Below, one piece after another: positions 62,806 to 64,000 of a stretch of DNA of 64,000 nt. The translations under genes and the position numbers were made by a program. The DNA comes from a virus: IMG/VR virus record IMGVR_UViG_3300046501_000246. One strand, given 5' to 3'. The notes under the pieces were generated by a model that searched no databases, was not told the origin of the DNA, and was given only the letters and a program-made list of their open reading frames with translations. How positions within the stretch are numbered: the first letter of the stretch is position 1; each line of letters begins with the position of its first letter.

Positions 62806-62920
62806 TACTTCATTCCTTTCATGTTATCGACTCATCTCAGGTTCAATTCACTTCTATCGGTGATCAAGCCAGTCGAAATGAATCAGGCTCACAGTGCTCT
62901 ACCAGCTGAGCTAACCCCGG
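62697..62920 (-). ncRNA. tRNA-scaffold RNA B with a 155-nt insert replacing the anticodon loop
   Basis: Acceptor CCGGGGT/ACCTCGG + A + CCA; D-arm GCTC-AGCTGGTA-GAGC; anticodon stem CTGTG/TACAG; variable loop GTGTC; T-arm GGGGG-TTCGAAT-CCTTC. Confidence 0.85.
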
Positions 62921-63075
62921 CAATGTGTCTGTCTTTCCAGACTGCCAAATCCCCGGAACCGTCCGGTCCTGCGGCATGTGCCGCTTCGGTAGGGACTTGA
63001 ACCCTACTTTTCCTTACCAAACCTCGATTAGCGAGCCGGAATTGAACCGGCGTTACTCGTAGCCTTTCGGCAAAC
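62921..63075 (-). ncRNA. hairpin-dense spacer with two extra T-arm mimics
   Basis: GCC-GAAA-GGC, GCCGG-TTCAATT-CCGGC, GTAGGG-TTCAAGT-CCCTAC, GCGGC-ACAT-GCCGC, GTCT-GGAA-AGAC. Confidence 0.7.
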
Positions 63076-63325
63076 TGGTCCAAGAGAATGGATTCGAACC
63101 ACCAGCCCCCACGTTTTCTACCCAATCCTTTTCAATTTTACTGACGCGGTACTAAGTCTTTTTCATGAGTTGATCTGACCCACTACTTAATCCTGTTCTG
63201 CGGCAGTATCCTATCCAATTCTATTTAGTGTCGTAACACGATTTGCCACATCGTTACACTAAATCAGGTCGTGGTGCTCTACCTGCTACCTTTTGACACA
63301 AGGCATACTTTGGAGCTACTCTTGG
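63076..63325 (-). ncRNA. tRNA-scaffold RNA A with a 156-nt anticodon insert and a 33-nt D-loop
   Basis: Perfect acceptor CCAAGAG/CTCTTGG + A + CCA; D-stem GCTC/GAGC; perfect anticodon stem CCACG/CGTGG; T-arm GGTGG-TTCGAAT-CCATT. Confidence 0.85.
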
Positions 63326-63375
63326 TTAAACTTCTTCAACAACAGTTGAGGAAGATTTAGTTATCTTGTTATTCC

Positions 63376-63404
63376 TATCTAAGACATTCCGTATCAAATG
63401 TCAA
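63376..63404 (-). promoter_or_regulatory. sigma70-type promoter for the RNA A-spacer-RNA B-MTase unit
   Basis: TTGACA-N17-TAGATA. Confidence 0.75.
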
Positions 63405-63981
63405 CAGGTTTTTCAGATTTTTCTTCATATTCAATTTTTAAAATTTCAACTAATTCAATTGAGCCATCATTTTCACGCTCAAAAACTTCATGCGCTTCTT
63501 TTTCTGTATCTTGAATATTTTCCAAGAAAAATAATTCTTTGGTCTTGATTGCGCCTCGCACCACAACAGCGTAACCTACGACCTTCTTAGGCGGCTCGCG
63601 CCACGGCATGAAGTTGTGGATATAGCACCGCGTCACATCGCGCTCATGATCAATGATCACAGCAAGCTCAGAATTATTAGGATCGACGCCAACGAAATAG
63701 ACTTTCTCACCGCCTAGTGAGCAATAAGTTCCCGGCTCAGCCGCGTACTCAAGATCGTCGCTCCTGAACCAGTAACCTTCAAGACCCTCAAAGTTCACGC
63801 AATCCCATGTGCCTTGAAAGGCATAATTAGGGCCTAACCAAGTGTTACGATTATTAATCGCCGAAATGATGTAAGGCGTATCGAGCTTCCATTCATTAGC
63901 TATATCAGGAATAGTTTCACCGTAAAGATCGCGCCGCTGAACCAATTTAACTCTATCACCTACTCTAAAATCCATCACCAA
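63394..63981 (-). CDS. hypothetical protein (195 aa, FRVGDRV start)
   Basis: AAAGAGGG RBS; co-oriented. Confidence 0.7.
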   Translation of the reverse strand: MVMDFRVGDRVKLVQRRDLYGETIPDIANEWKLDTPYIISAINNRNTWLGPNYAFQGTWDCVNFEGLEGYWFRSDDLEYAAEPGTYCSLGGEKVYFVGVDPNNSELAVIIDHERDVTRCYIHNFMPWREPPKKVVGYAVVVRGAIKTKELFFLENIQDTEKEAHEVFERENDGSIELVEILKIEYEEKSEKPVDI

Positions 63982-64000
63982 CCCTCTTTTTTTAAATCTT

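Noticed and set aside
62735-63269. Group I or group II intron identity for the 155/156-nt inserts
   Set aside because: Insert A has an S-like AAGACTTAGTAC, but I found no P7 partner or R element. The inserts are shorter than known tRNA group I introns such as the ~205-nt Azoarcus intron, lack group II domain V, and simple excision does not restore a canonical Y32-U33 loop. Not assigned, though not excluded without a covariance search.

Overview
This 64-kb window is a segment of a large tailed dsDNA phage genome. The host is inferred to be an alphaproteobacterium, from a DUF1127 gene, GAAC-N7-GAAC LexA-type boxes and many promoters lacking T at -7. Layout: (1) 1-3.1 kb, a minus-strand tRNA cluster including a CUA (amber) tRNA, with closed-stem structured spacers between the tRNAs. 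(2) 3.1-14.2 kb, small genes plus a tail/adsorption module: tail-fibre assembly protein, collar-domain fibre, two SGNH hydrolases, a 1190-aa Ig/beta-helix protein and a trypsin-like protease. (3) 14.4-27.4 kb, a promoter-dense array of small early genes with a repeated 43-bp palindromic promoter cassette, an HNH-AP2 insertion and an 11-bp-phased array of LexA-like half-sites. (4) 27.7-35.2 kb, plus-strand genes, more tRNAs and tRNA-like RNAs, a GIY-YIG gene and a 663-aa protein. (5) 35.2-41.4 kb, TerL, TerS, a RuvC-like resolvase and a degenerate HNH. (6) 41.4-43.6 kb, an ori-like palindrome followed by an operon of Zn-finger/pentapeptide-repeat genes. (7) 43.6-64 kb, many small minus-strand genes (HNH, HD hydrolase, HTH, cupin, N6-adenine MTase). 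The most striking unexplained feature is at 62.7-63.3 kb: two tandem, complete tRNA bodies ending in CCA whose anticodon loops are each replaced by a structured 155-156-nt insert with shared ends. All calls come from reading the sequence by eye; no searches or folding programs were run.
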